Counted from the stretch's first letter, positions 1 to 13,187 are shown. The stretch is 64,000 nt of DNA from an uncultured Verrucomicrobiae bacterium (GCA_963756875.1 CAVWPA010000001.1:288001-352000), one strand, 5' to 3'. The notes: a model not told the origin generated them from the letters alone. Made by a program: numbers and translations.

Positions 1-2895
1 CAGGTAGTAACGGTTCGAGCTCCGTAACGCATTGCTGAACAGGCGTGCCTGGCCGATCCCGGAGTAAACCGGATAAAGCTGATCGTTGCCGAAATCCGTG
101 TCGTTCCAAATCGGCGTCATGGAGTTGAAGTCCTTAAAGTCGGCGATGTTCTTGCCAAAGTTCACTTCGTAATGCTGGTAACCGTAGGTGGTCGAGATTC
201 CCAGCTCTTGTCCCGGGAAAATAAGCGGCACGCCGTCGATGGTGCTGCAAACGGCATATCGAATGACTCCCTGCCAGGGATCCTGATAGGCTTCTTCGTC
301 GTGCGACATGTTATTGAGCAGAACCAGGCTTTGCCCGTAAGAGCTGCGGCGAGCGTCAAAGATGCCGCGATAGTCGCTGGTCGAACCCGCATTCTTGAGC
401 GGGAAAACGATGTTTTCGTTAAGGATATCGAAATGCCGGTTGGAACGATAAGTGACAGCCCCGCCGTCGAGCGATTCGGCCATGAAAACGAAATTCCATT
501 TTCGTGTCCGGGTCTTGTTAATGATGTACTCCCAAAGTTGTGGAGGAAGGCCCTGGCCAAAGTCGGCGCGCAGGCCATCGATTCCATGAGCGGTTTGCGT
601 GGCCAGATCGGCGCCCGCATGCACGCCTGTCTGATCCAGCCAGTAAAGCGTGTAATTCGAAAAATATTTCCAGACATTTTGTGTGACCTGATCGAAATGA
701 CCATTGCCATCGCCGGATAAGTTTTCGGTGCCGATCGAGTAGTCGAACCAATCCTGTTCGTTCAGGTAGTTCCCGTTGTCGTCGGGATTGATGTCCACCA
801 GCGCCGCATAGCGCCCAAAGTAAACGTCGCGGACGTCATCCCATTTTCCAAAGTCGCCGCGATCGGGCGCAACGGCGATGCTATTGGCATCGAATGCCCG
901 CATCGCGTAGTTGCCGCTTCGAGAATAAAATCGTGCGTCGACGTCGCGGAACAATTGTGATGCGCTTGGATTGGAGCCGAAAAGGCTTGTGCCTTGCGAG
1001 CTGATCTCGCAATCGGGTGCCGTGTGATTGAACGGGGCATCGAGCATTACGCCCACGCCTGCGTCATCCGCGGCGCCGACCAGCCCGACAAAAGCTGCTT
1101 TGGCCGCATCGCGGTTTTGCTGGTTGGTGATGGCATTCGGCAGGTTCGGGTCGTAGTTCATCGACATCAGCGGATCGATCTCGAAGAAATTGCGGATGGA
1201 ATAGGGGCTGCCTGGGTTATGGCCCTGTTGTGCTTCGAGCGTGATCGGATGAATCGGCTGAAACCAGAGCCAGTTGGAGCCGAGCGTCTTGAGGTAGTTC
1301 AAATTCCAATGATTGTTTGCCCCTTGATGCGGTGCATTCGGCGCGTCGAACAAATCTTCCAGCGTGCCGCGGTTGGCGAATTGATCGCCGTCCGCTTCGA
1401 CGTTGAAGACGTTCATTTCATAGAGATTGATGTCTCTTGCGTCGACCGGGGAAACAACAATTGCGTGGTCGCGTCGTCCCGCTCCGATATCCGTATAGTA
1501 ATGCCAGTTCGGATCGCCTTGCACTTTCCAGCGCGCAGTCAGTCGATAAGCGCCGGTCTTGTTCGCATCGAGCGTGAGCGAGTATTCCCCGGGATTTCCG
1601 TCTGCCGGCATGGTGTACGCCTTGTAGTAATGCGAATCGTCGCCCGCCACGAGCAGGTTGCCGTCCAGAGGTTCGATTCCTTCTTCGGTTTGGATCCCAT
1701 TGGTGTCGGTATAGGGGAGGGTCGCCTTGTCCCGACGGTTCAGGTTCGTGTAAATCTCCACGGCTGTGATGTTGGGCTGGCCGGGCTGAAAGACGATCGT
1801 AAATGGGATTGAATCGCCGTGCGTCTCGTCAATGAACACGTGGCTCGTGGTGTAATTCGCGTTCAACGTGCCGTTCGTCGGACTCGTGACCGTCAAAACC
1901 GGGTCGCCAACGTTGCCGATGTTGAAGAGAAAATGTGCCCGTGGTAATCGGTGCCGTCACCGGCGTTGTAATCGCCGAATTTTTGTTCGTTGTTCGCCGG
2001 ATTCCAGAACCCAACCTTGTATTTGATTGTTGTGCCGAGCGGCTCGTTTAACAGATTCGGACCGGTCGCGACCCACCACATGGCGGTCCCGGCTGCGCTT
2101 CCGGTGCCGCCATTTTGTCCGTTGTTGTTGTCCGGGTGATCGTAAATGAAATTCGACCACCTGCGTGGAGCCGCTCCGGCCGTGCCCGGAGATCGTGCCG
2201 GCACCGGGTCGGTCCATCGGTCGTATAATAAAGAGCGCCGTTCGTGGCCCATCGCGTCGACAAATCGTTGATGTCGCCGATGTAACCGATCTTCGCCCAG
2301 AACTGGATATCCGAGCCGGAGTTCGCCCGATTGTTCGCGTGAAAAATCCAGCCGGGCCGATTGCGAATCGTGAACGGAAACGTTGCAGCGGTACTTTGTC
2401 TGATTCGTGACATCGCCGCCGTGATCGCCTGAGCCGGTACGGCGCATAAATATAGGTGTTCTCCGCGCCGCGAATCGAAAGTCAGATAGAGATAATATTG
2501 AATGACTTCGTTCGCGCCGATCCCCGCACTGGCCCGGCGTGAAACTGCGCCTGCCAATACTGATTGTTATCGATAGTCACGACCTGGCCATAGACGTGTC
2601 GAATGGAACGAAGTTCCAGGTACCTTGGGACGCGCCTTTGTAATAGAGCTCCGCCGCCCGTCTGGTTCGCGTGTGCCATAGGAGTTATTGAATTTTTGGA
2701 CGCCGCTATAAATCGTGATGCCTTGTGTGTTGCTGATCTCCATCCACGGATCGCGCATGTGCGTGTCCCGCTCAGATCGGTGTTGTTATCCGGGATATGC
2801 CAGGCGTTCGCGGCGTGGCCGAATCGGATGGGCAAAGCTTGCCAAAGCCGATGAGCGCAAGGACCGAAACACGAAAAAACAGATCTCCCTTTCAT
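1..2895 (-). CDS. Large secreted GH13 alpha-amylase-family protein, frameshifted in its N-terminal half, 3' end runs off the window
   Basis: Manual minus-strand translation gives WNLNYLKTLGSNWLWFQPIHP, GSPYSIRNFFEIDP, VMLDAPFNHT, DGLRADFGQG, FMAESLD, NNMSHDEE and DGVPLIFPGQELG (GH13 conserved regions, catalytic D/E/D present). ATG at 2895 has AGGA upstream. N-terminus is split over ORFs 2482-2895, 2567-2758, 2048-2557 and 1893-2447. Confidence 0.85.
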
Positions 2896-2903
2896 ATTCC
2901 TGA

Positions 2904-5900
2904 TTACTTATGGCACAGACTTACCTGCAGTTTATAGAACCGCGGTTGCGCTGATGTCGGCGGTGAACCGGTGTCGGTTCCGTTGTCGATGTAGGTAATC
3001 ATCGACCCCGTTCCCGAAATTGCGTTGCCCGCCGGCATCCATGGACCGTTGATGCTGCCGGCATAAAGAATTTGATAATTGCGATCGTGAATCGTCGAGA
3101 ACGTCAGGTCGACGGTCGATGGAGTCGGCCGGGTAATGATTAACTCGGCTTTGGCGCTGTCGGCCAGGACCGGGTTCGTCCCAAGAATGTATTCCTGCAG
3201 ATTGGTCAGGCCATCGCCATCCGGATCGTCGCCCGCGCGCGAAAGATCGCCGGCCTGGGCGGTTGGGTGACCGAAATACTGCTGGCTCCACCAATCGGGA
3301 ATTCCGTCGCCGTCACTGTCGTAGGTGACTGCCGCGCCCGTCTCAAATCCCAGTGCGAAATTCATAGTTCCGTTTCCTTGCAACTCTACCTGTTGCGTTT
3401 GCGCCTGGTTCCGCATCGCGACCGTATCGAGGACGTTGGCGTCCGAGTCGTTGCGCCGTCGCATTGAACGAAGCTCCAGAATAACCCGCGCCGCCAAAGC
3501 GCAGATATGCTCGCACCATGCGGCTTGGATTGGTGTTCAACAAATCGACTTCGCTCGAGCTGGTGATCAAGTTTCCGAGGTGCGATTGGCCCGCGGTCAA
3601 AAGATCGAGAAGATCCGGCGACAAGCCGAAGCGCACAAAGAGCTGAACAAATCCAGTCGTTGTATAGCTCGCCTGCAACTCACTTTTTCCGGGGGCAAGC
3701 GTAATCGTTTTGGAAATGTTGCCGTCGGAACTGGTAAATTTCCAGCCAACGCTGGAAGGCGCCGGCGCGACGGAGTAATAGTCGTTCACGTACTGGAACG
3801 TCCCGTTGCCCATGGCGTCGGTCTTGGCGAACCAGTCCTTGAACCCGGATGTTCGATAAGCGTTGACCGCAGCGCCGTTGAAATTTCCCGCGCCTTCTTC
3901 TTCGGTTTCCGATCCCGCATAGCTCGCAAAATTTCCAAGCACCTGTGAAACAGAGCCCGTGTCGATATCGCGCAACCAGGCGCCGATCAGGCGGCCACCG
4001 AGCGATTTTGCCGGTCCGTTTGTCGGGCCACCGCTTTCGAAAACGGCCAGCAGCCGATCGTTGTAGAGCAAATACTCATTTTCTCCGTCAAGATCCACGT
4101 CGGCCTGCTCGGAAACTGCGCTGCCATTGTAAGTGCCGTTGTTCGCCGCTTGCGCCCAGGTATTGACCCGCGCGTAAATCGCCGCCTCGCGCGTTTGCGC
4201 CTGGGCGATCTTCGAAAATCCGGCGAGATTTTGGAAGCCGGTGTCCGGATAGATATAGGCGCCGGTGCTGAATTTGCTCAGATCGTTCGCTGTCTCATTA
4301 TGAAACGCGGTCTCGAATTCCGAGGCGTGGATTGTCGCGCGGCCGAGCGAAAGCAGGCCTGTGTTTGTCGGTCCGGGAACGATTCCACCGAGCGCCTGCC
4401 AGCTGGTCAGGACAATTCCCGCCGGGTTGGGCGCGCCATCCAACCAGCCGTAAGGCGTTGGCATGGCCACGCCGGTCCGGATATTGAAGACCTTGCTGCT
4501 CAAACTTTCTTCGAGCGCCGAACCGAAATACCAGTTGTCGTAATTTTCCTCGTCTGCGTGGTCGATAAAATCCTTGGCCACATTTGGAAGATTCAGATTG
4601 CTGCCGCGGTTCACCGTACCCCATTGCGTTGCGGTGCCGCCGTTCGAATTGAAGCTGACCTGGTTGTTCGCAATCTGATCGGGCGTGACGATCTCGATCC
4701 ATGGATGGCTTGCCAGCCAGCGAATGTTCTTGTCGTAGGCGTCCGCACTCGCCTTTGTCGTAAAGTCTTCCCACTGATTAATGAAAATGACGGCCTGGTC
4801 CTGCTGACTATCGCGCGTTTTACGGCTCAACAATTGCCGCAGCAGGATGGGCAGACCGTTATCGTCGTTCTGGAGCAAGTAAGCGCCTACAGCATCGTTG
4901 ATGACGAATGCTTTCGTGTTGTTAATCTGGTTAATGCGGTAGCCATCGTCGCCGAGCGCCGAGTTGCGGCCGAACCATTTGAAGATATGCCGCATCTGAT
5001 CGACAAACGTGTACTGGAATCCAAGATCGGTGACCTTTTGAAGCACGCCGGGATCGGAGACGCGTTCGGGTGTCCAAAAGACGGTGCTGGAAGGCGCGTG
5101 CCCATAAATCGTGGTTAGAAAATCGTTGGCCAGTTCGACGTTGTCGGTGTTGTACGCGGTCGGGAAATAGTCGAGCATGTGGTCGGAGAATGTGCTGCCG
5201 ATCAGATCGATGGTTCCGTTGCCGATCAGATTGGAGATGCGGGCGTTGAAAGCCGGGCCATCTCGAAAACTATTTGGCGAACCGGCATCCACCTTTGCCC
5301 ATTGGATCGCGGAGGCGAGTGGCGGCGTGATGTGCAGCGTGACCGGCACGTTAAAAGCCTCATGCGCGTCGAGTGGGCGATAATAGCCGCCTCCCAGGCC
5401 ATTATTGATCAGATTCTGCGTGACGCTCCCAGGTTGAATCGCCTCGTTCCCATGGATAATGCTCACCACTTTCACCCGTTTGCCGCGATCGTTGTCGGCA
5501 TTGATCCCTACCCATTGAGTTAGCATGCTGTTGGCACCTGCAATATTCGGCTGATCCTGCCAGTAATCCGACGCGATCTTATCGTTGCGGATCGAATCGC
5601 GAATATCCGAGCGACCGCCGATGTCTCCCGCTCCAACCGGATTGTCCTGGGTGCCGTCCCTCGTCGTGAACACCTGGTAAAGAAGATTGTTCGGATCTCC
5701 ATTCCAGCCCGCATCGAGCAATGCCTGGCGGCTGATCGAGAATTCGACCGCGTCGAGATCGGAATTGTAATACGCCTTCTTAAATCCGTTCGCGGTGTTT
5801 TGATCGCGCGCGGTGACACCGAATTGGGCGAGGTCCTGGCCGATTGCCGTCGAATGGGTCGGCGAATTTTTGTCCCAGAGATAAACACGGCCAACGTCGG

Positions 5901-8900
5901 ATTGGTAAGCCACGACCACGGCCTGCCATTTCAAAGCGGTTCCGGTATCCACCTGATCGGGCAGATTGTATTCGCCGGTGCCGGGGTTTCCGAAGTTGAT
6001 CGCAACGTATATATCGAGGTGGCCCTGTTCGGCGTAAGCCGCCAAATCCTCCATGTCCACGCGGAAATAGAAATTGCCGTCGCCGCCTTGCGCGACCGCG
6101 CCACCGTCATGGGCATAGAACGCGACCATATCGCGCGACGAATCGAATCCATCGTAGGCATGATACACGTCGCCCTGATTGAAATTGATTCCGTCACCGT
6201 CATACGGATCGAGAGCAATCAAATCGTTCTCCGTCCAATCTGTGAGTTCGTGTTGGTTGGTCACCGCGCCGACGGTCGTAGTCGAGCCGGGCCCGATTGT
6301 GATTGCGCCCGGCGGCGGAGGCGGCGGTGTTCCCGCGACATTCGGGTCCGTGTTGGCCAGATATTCCAGGTAATTGCTGACGCCGTCTGCCATCCGGATC
6401 GCCATTGTCGCCGTTGTCCGTGGTCGTAATGAGTTTGCCGGTGTGAAGATTGTAATGACCAACTACGCCGTCATCGAACGGATCGAGGTTATGCTGAAGC
6501 TTCCATCCGTCCGGCAGGTTCGTATCCGTGGTGCTGAACCGTCGCGGATCGGTTTCGAGCCAGATCACATCGAGCTGATCGGCTCGAATGTTTCCACCTG
6601 GGCGGAAGACATTGTTCAGTTTCGTCTTGTCCAGCCTCGTTGAGGCGTAGGTGAGCCCGTCCTTTGGATCGACGAAGGTCGAGCAGAAGTTGGAGTAATA
6701 GAACGTGACCAGTTGCGACCCTGGCGCGGAACCGGTGACCGTGACATTCTTCTTGAAATCGTCCAGGGTGCCGAGCACGACGAAGTTGCCCTGTCCGTCC
6801 GTCTGATTCCGATCGATGATTGCGAGGTCGACAATTCCGTTATGATTGGCGTCTTCATTGCCATCGGTGATTCCGTCGCCGTCCGTATCCGCGTTGTTCG
6901 GATCGGTCTCCAGCCACACCGCATTTGGCGCGTGGGCCAACACCTTGGCCTTGTCGATCTTCGAAGTGTTATAGACGGTCGGCGGATGCGCGACGGCGTG
7001 AAGCACACCGCCGCCATCCGGAACGCCGATGTCGACGCGGCCGTTGTGAATCAGCCGGTAAGTAGCCGGATTATTGTTGCCGTCGAGAGTGATGGCGAAC
7101 GTGCGGTCTTCAAAACCGTCGTACACAGCGTCGTCATCTGTGTCGGGTTTGTTCGGATCCGTCATTGACCCGGCGATCTGGTCCGTGCGCGAGTTGTTCA
7201 GGTTATACGGCCAGGGATCGAAGAAGCTGTAATCCTCGCCGGCAGGCGGACCGCCGTTGTCCGTCGTGTTGTAAACCGGTGGATCAAGATCCGATTGGAA
7301 ATTTGGGACCCCGTCGCCGTTCGTATCGGTGTTGACGTTCGTATCGCCAACGGCGGTTCCCCAACCGAGTTCCAACCCATCAGACAGACCGTCCCCGTCC
7401 GTGTCGGGATTTAACGGATCGGTCTTGCCGGAAATTGCCCAAATGTGGACTTGATCGTTCGTCCAGGTTTCCGAGTTGGTCGTCGGCAACGGAATCGCCG
7501 TCGTTTCGATCGGCGCGGATGTTGGACCGTAGAGGCCGAGTCCGTCATCATCGAGATCGTCCTTCCCTGAGTTGGCATCGACGATTTGGCGGAAAACAAC
7601 CTGTGCATTTCGCGCGGCTGCAGCGGTGCCGCCGGGAGCTGTCACCGTGGAAACAAATTGATAGTTACCTTCGCTCACGTTGTTCCAGGTAAAATTCCAG
7701 AACTTGCTGGTGCCGTTTGTGCTTGGATTTGGCGTACTGGAAGTGCTCGGGTTGAGGGTGATATTTCCCGAGCCAATCGTGAAATTGATCGCCACGTCGG
7801 TTGCATCCGTATCGGTTTCGACCTGTACGGGCACGGCGCGCTGATCGGCGGTTGGCGACGCGACGTCGGGCAATATGATGACGTACGCCTTGCCGTCCGA
7901 ATCGACTTCCGGCGGCGTAACAATAACATCTCGAACGACCGGCACTGCGCGGGCCTTCACCAGCCGGGTCGCTTCCAAGCGTCGGATTGCCCGGATCGGT
8001 ATAAGTTACATCGATGGTATGAAGAAAATCGGGCTGATCGTTGTACAAGTTCGGGAGCTGGAAAGCCAGTTCGTGGTAATCGCTGGTGACATCGTAGTTG
8101 ATGGAATAATCCGTCCGGCTCTGCGCAACGCCGTTGGCGGAGGAACCAGACTCGCTGCTCGCTAATTTGATCAGGAAACGGTTGATCAGTGTTTGGGTGT
8201 CGGGGCCGTCGGCCAGCGATTTGCTGAACCAGACTTTCATGACGTAATTGGAATCGACGACGTCGCCATCATTAGGCGGGAAACGCAATGAACATCCGGG
8301 TATTCGGCCCGGCCGTGTTCACCTGTCGCATCAGCGTCGTGTAATGGCCTGCCGCGTCGCTTAAATTGAAATCCTTGTATTCAGCGGAGGACAGTTCGCG
8401 CAGCCGGACCTGGATCGTCGCGGTGCCGGTCGAAGGGATATTATTGTAGTTGAATCGCCATTCGCGAGGATAGATGCTGGTGACAGCGGGATTTGGCGTC
8501 ACTTCCGTCGCCATGCACCCAGGTGGTCGCGATGTTGTTGTTCCAGACGCCGTCGCCGTTCAAGTCCTGGAACGGTTCGCCCGGCATCCCAGGTGCCGTT
8601 GCCATTGCTGTCCGTAAACGGCTCGAATCCGATCCCGTTGCCGCCCTGGGTGTGAGTTGCCGTGTCGTTGTTCGACGCGATCGCCATCGTCAATGTGATA
8701 CCACACCTCGGTCACACTCGGGTCGGTCCGAACGACAACGCCATAACGCGAACCGCCAATGGTTTCGTTCTCGGCCGGAAACTTGATTTCACCCTGAGGC
8801 GACTGCGCATCGTAATAGAACGTCTGAACAAACGTGTTGTAGATCGAGCTGCGCAGACCGTTGCCCACGCCGGAGCTGTCACGTTTCAGAAATGCGCGGG

Positions 8901-11765
8901 CGCGCAAAACGTGAAAACCTTCGCTCAAGCCGGTCTGGGTCGAGCCATAATCGTCGTGCGGATAAATCAGGGCGGTCGTTCCATTGAAATGCGGAATCTG
9001 GAACGTGGTCAGCATTTTCTTCTTTTGGGCAACGGCGTCCGGCATTGCCTGGGAACACGCTGCTCACCGGCACGCCGCCGACGGTCGATTTGTAGATGCC
9101 CATCTTGTATTTAATCGGGCCGGCCGGGCGCGGCGTGAGCGTGGCTCTCCACCAGTTATCGCGGTCGCCGCTGGTGTGCGAGTAGTGCATCTCGGCCACT
9201 TGGGTCGTGCCGATACCCGTACTCCTCCCGCGCCCTCCGGATTCGAACCGTCCGTTGTGTAATAGACGAAATGCCCGAAACCCGCGCCCACGTAATTCGT
9301 TTTGCCCCAGAAATCCAACGCACTCGCCGTTATCGCGGAATTGGGTCGAAGGAAGGCCGGAAATGTTTCCGGAAACCGGGCCGTCCACCTATGCGTGCGG
9401 GATCGTGAAACAGAAACGACGCGACCGTGCCGCCCTGCGTATCGAGACTGGCGTTACCGTGCAGATTTGAACTAACATCGGTCGGCGGGCTGGTGCTGGT
9501 GTCGTAAGTGTCGGCCCCGGACGGATCCGAGGGTGTCGTTGGTGCTGTCTTTGGCCGCGAATTTTTCCGGATACTCGCGCTCGACAAATTGCGGTTGCTC
9601 GTAACCGAGAAAAACATCGGTGGAAAGTCCCGGAGGATGATCTCGTTTCTCGCCGGTGGTCGGTCCGAGCGGAATCTGCGAGTTGATGTCCACTCCGCCA
9701 TCGAGCTCGATCAGAATATTTTCCGCGGAGCCGTCTGCCCGGGCGATAAAACTGAAGGTCCGATCGCGTCTGGTCACGCGCGGGATCGTGTAACGGATAG
9801 GAATAACTGCCCGGAACGGCGTCCGGCACATGTAAGGATTGAAATTCGGATCGCCGTCCGGTCCGTCTTTGCGGAGGTAGGTCAACGTAGATGTCGCCTG
9901 CCCGCCTTGCAGGATGGTGATCGGTTTCCCGCCGCCCAGCGACCAGAGGTCCGATTCCTCGGGGTTGCGCCATGAAAAAACATAATAGCCGCCTTTTGGC
10001 ACAATGACTGCCCGGATCAGATAGCTGAGACCGCTTCCTCCGTCGCCTGTCGTGATATAAAAGCCGGTCATGGAATCGCCGCTCGGCAACGGTCCGCTGG
10101 CGTACTGCCACAAATAAGCGCCCGGTGGAAAATCCGTGCGCAGAGTTGCCGCGATTGCTGCCGAAATCGTTGTTGATGCCGATGCCGTTGGCGTAATTGT
10201 CGTTGATCAACACCAGCGCGGTGACGCCGTCGCCGTCCGACATGGTTGCGATTCTCGCGTTTATCGATTCTCTCGTAAGCCACCAGATCGCCATCGCTCC
10301 AGCGGCCGACTTGATAACCGCGGCGCGAACTGATTGTGAATGTAGAGAAGGTTCGGGATCAGCGGATCGCCAAACTGGCCGAGAAAATTGGTGTTCGCGT
10401 GCCGCGGAAACGCGCCGCCGCTCTGGCTTAAGCGTTTGGGACTGATGGTTGCCGTCGGTGTAAACGGAACCGAGCCCCTCGCGGGTCAGATAGAGCGCAA
10501 ACTGCAGTTCCCGGCGTGATAGCGTAATCGTTGTCGTGACTTTGGGCGTACATCACACTGATCCCGCTATCGTCGCCGCCGAACCCGTAGCTGCCGGGCT
10601 GATCGAGTCCCTGCAAGCCGGCCGACGGATTGCCCAGGATGCCATTCATCGCGCCTTGGAGCGGATTATCCACCAGACGCATGCCGACGTTGAAATAATC
10701 GCCGTAAGGCGGCGGTTGGCCCAGATGTTCGCCGAACATCATGGCGTTGTGGCGCGGCTTTTCCGTGTCGAAAAGCGACTCGCGCAAATTCACGTTCGAA
10801 CCCTGCGGAGTTGAATTGAATTTCGAATCGTTAAATCCGCGCGTCAGATTGAACTGCAACTGCGCCTGTCCGAGGTAGCCGTACGTCGCTGTAGTCCTTG
10901 TCCGCCCCGTAACTCGCGCCGAAGAAATCGTAGGGGACATGTTTGACCGCATCGAGCCGCAGCCCGTCGGCCTTCGTCCGGTCCATCAGCCAGCGCGCGC
11001 TCCGGTTCAAGAAATCCTGGACGTATTCGCCGTAGAAATCCGCGGTTGTCGGCCAGCATCTGGGCAGTGATGCCATTGTTCGGCCCGAATCCGACGTACG
11101 TCCCGTTCGGCAGGTAGCAATAGTACTCGGGATTGTTCGGTTGGCGGACGAACTTGATCTTCGGAAACGTCGAGCCCTCGGTGTAACCGAAATTCTGGTT
11201 GGTCGTGCCCGGTTCCTGGGCGAGGTCGATCAGATCGGAGAAAGTTCCGATGTTGCACCTGCCAGGTGTCGTTCCAGTTGGAGATGTTATCCCATTTCCG
11301 ATAAAAGCCTTCCTGGGTTAAGCGGAGATGAAAATCTTCCGGCACAAGCCCGGGATAAATATCGATCGGCGTGTTGGCGTCGTAGCCCGGCACATCGAAC
11401 GCGTTATGATTCATCACGTTGTCGAAGTAAACGCGAATGCCAAAGCGATGCGCGATTTCGATCATGCGGAGCAGGTCTGCTTCGGTCCCGTAGCGCGTCC
11501 TGATCGAGCCTCGCTGATCCTTGCTGCCAAGATCGAAGCGATCGAACAAATCGTAACCGACCGAGAGTCCGCCGCTGCCTTTTGTGGGCGGTGGCAGCCA
11601 AAGTGAATCGTAACCGGCCTCGGCCAATTCCGGCATCTTCAACGCGATCTCGTTCCAACTCGTGTTGAAATACTGGAGCATCGCCTCTCCGCGCGAGGAA
11701 GCGGGCAGAAGCAGGGCCGTGGCGCAGCTAAGGGCGAGGAGAACGCGACCGGCAAAAAACTTCAT
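2904..11765 (-). CDS. Giant (~2,900 aa) secreted multidomain glycosidase: signal peptide, GH13, beta-rich domains, DxDxDG repeats, DOMON-like domain, GH57-like domain, C-terminal FY-x-L tail; split by many frameshifts
   Basis: Successive ORF fragments join logically. GH13 motifs: SLWLPPPTKG, GYDLFDRFDLG, YFDNVMNH, DGLRLDAVKHV, FGEHLG, QSHDND. Repeats: DTDGDGLSDG, DTDGDGITDG, DSDGDGIPDWW. GH57-like motifs: HGNEAIQP, IDLIGSTFSDH, FWTPERV, YTFVDQMRH. Ends QPRFYKLQVS. Confidence 0.8.
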
Positions 11766-11926
11766 TAAATGGGATTCAAAGTTGGTCCGGTGAGGCGTTT
11801 AGGGGTCGAGCGGGAGCGCTCCAAAATAGTAGCGTTTTTCCCCGGAAAAATCCCGCTAAATCTTCGGAAATCTTTGCGGAAAATGGGCAGTTGTCAGGGG
11901 GACGTGGCAACGCGGATTCTGGGTCT

Positions 11927-12055
11927 GGGGAGCACAGGCCGCCGGCCTGTAGCAGTCGGCCGCTGGCCGACTGCAATTTGTGGCAACGGTCTTGCGAATT
12001 TGAGATGGTTCGCGGCAAGCTGCCGCGAACAACAGGCCAGCGGTCTGTGCTCCCC
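11927..12055. repeat. REP-like composite palindrome (GGGGAGCACAGGC...GGTCTGTGCTCCCC)
   Basis: Inverted terminal arms enclose internal hairpins (CAGTCGGCC-GCT-GGCCGACTG; TTCGCGGCA-AGC-TGCCGCGAA). Confidence 0.8.
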
Positions 12056-12065
12056 GGAAGAAAAG

Positions 12066-12094
12066 AAAAGCCCCGCGCGAACGCGGGGCTTTTT
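12066..12094 (-). terminator. Rho-independent terminator after the PEP-CTERM gene, possibly bidirectional
   Basis: AAAAGCCCCGCG-CGAA-CGCGGGGCTTTTT: GC stem flanked by A/T runs, about 25 bp past the stop at 12120. Confidence 0.85.
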
Positions 12095-12119
12095 AGGAGA
12101 AACGAATCTGGAGTTGATC

Positions 12120-12915
12120 TTAAGCGCGACGGCGTCGGACGAACACGAACGCACCCAAAAGCGATGAACCCGTCAGCAGGAACGAGAGCGTCGCCGGCTC
12201 GGGAACAATCGCCATGTTATTGAAGAACACATTGTTGTTGTCGCCATTGCCAGCATTGAAGTTGAACAGGCGGACCTGCGCGATTCCCTCTCCGCCGTTG
12301 GCGGTTTGATCAATGAGCGTGCCCCCGCCAGTGTCACTGTTGCCGTGCATATCGGAGAACGTGCCAGTAAAGGTGGTGGTCCCGGTTAATGTGAACGACA
12401 AATTGAACCCATCACCGCTGAAATGGAATGCTCGGCGACAGATCTTGTTGGCCACTAGCGTCGTTCGTCTTCCAAGTATTCGTGCCGCCGCCAATGTAGT
12501 AAATTTCAAACAGGGTTTGTCCGGAGGAGTTCTGAAGGCTAAGGCCGACCGTTGAACCGGTATCTTGATAACCCTGGTCGATCTGGATCGAAAAGGTTTG
12601 ACCGATCGACAAATCGCCGTTGAACGGACGAGTTGCATTAGCCGTGTCGCCAGTGTTTGCAAACAATCCCCAGGCGCCGTCGCCCGTCGAATTAATTCCG
12701 AGAGAGCCCCCTGCATTTGTTGTCGAGTCTCCAATAAAATGGCCGCTGTTCGTCGGGCCATCCTGAAAAACCCAGTCTCCGCCCCAGCCCGTACCCTGGC
12801 CGCCCGTCCAGTTACCGCCATAATTGCCGGCATTATCAGAGGCGTTGCTTGCCGCGTACCCCGCGGCGGTCATCAAGCCTAACGACACAATTCCCAAAGC
12901 CAATTTCTTAATCAT
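12120..12915 (-). CDS. PEP-CTERM surface protein, one frameshift near 12430-12450
   Basis: Signal peptide MIKKLALGIVSLGLMTAAGYAA, Gly/Asn/Thr-rich body, C-terminus VPEPATLSFLLTGSSLLGAFVFVRRRRA. Confidence 0.9.
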
Positions 12916-13062
12916 AATCTATTACTCCGTATTTGCTCCCGTGTTTGAGCACTCTTTTGATCAAAAATCGGTCGCCAAGTCAACACTAAATTCCAGAAAT
13001 TTATGGATATTACCGATACGTCGGATTTCGCCGGACGCTGGGGTGTTTTAGGGGAGGAACCG

Positions 13063-13146
13063 CTGTAGCTACGGCCCTGTGGGCCGTTCGCTGTTAGGGC
13101 TGGCCGGGACGGAAAACCCGGACGTGCCACAGGCACGTGGCTACAG
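13063..13146. repeat. GTAG-type REP pair
   Basis: CTGTAGCTACGGCCCTGTGGGCCGT ... ACGTGCCACAGGCACGTGGCTACAG; related to copies at 14910 and 19974. Confidence 0.75.
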
Positions 13147-13187
13147 GGTCGGCGGCGTCTGGGTGGCGCAGCGCCCCGACCTACCAC

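Noticed and set aside
162..1812. Listed ORFs 162-710, 172-720 and 994-1812
   Set aside because: Shadow or antisense frames of the minus-strand GH13, which the ORF track misses because it runs off the window.
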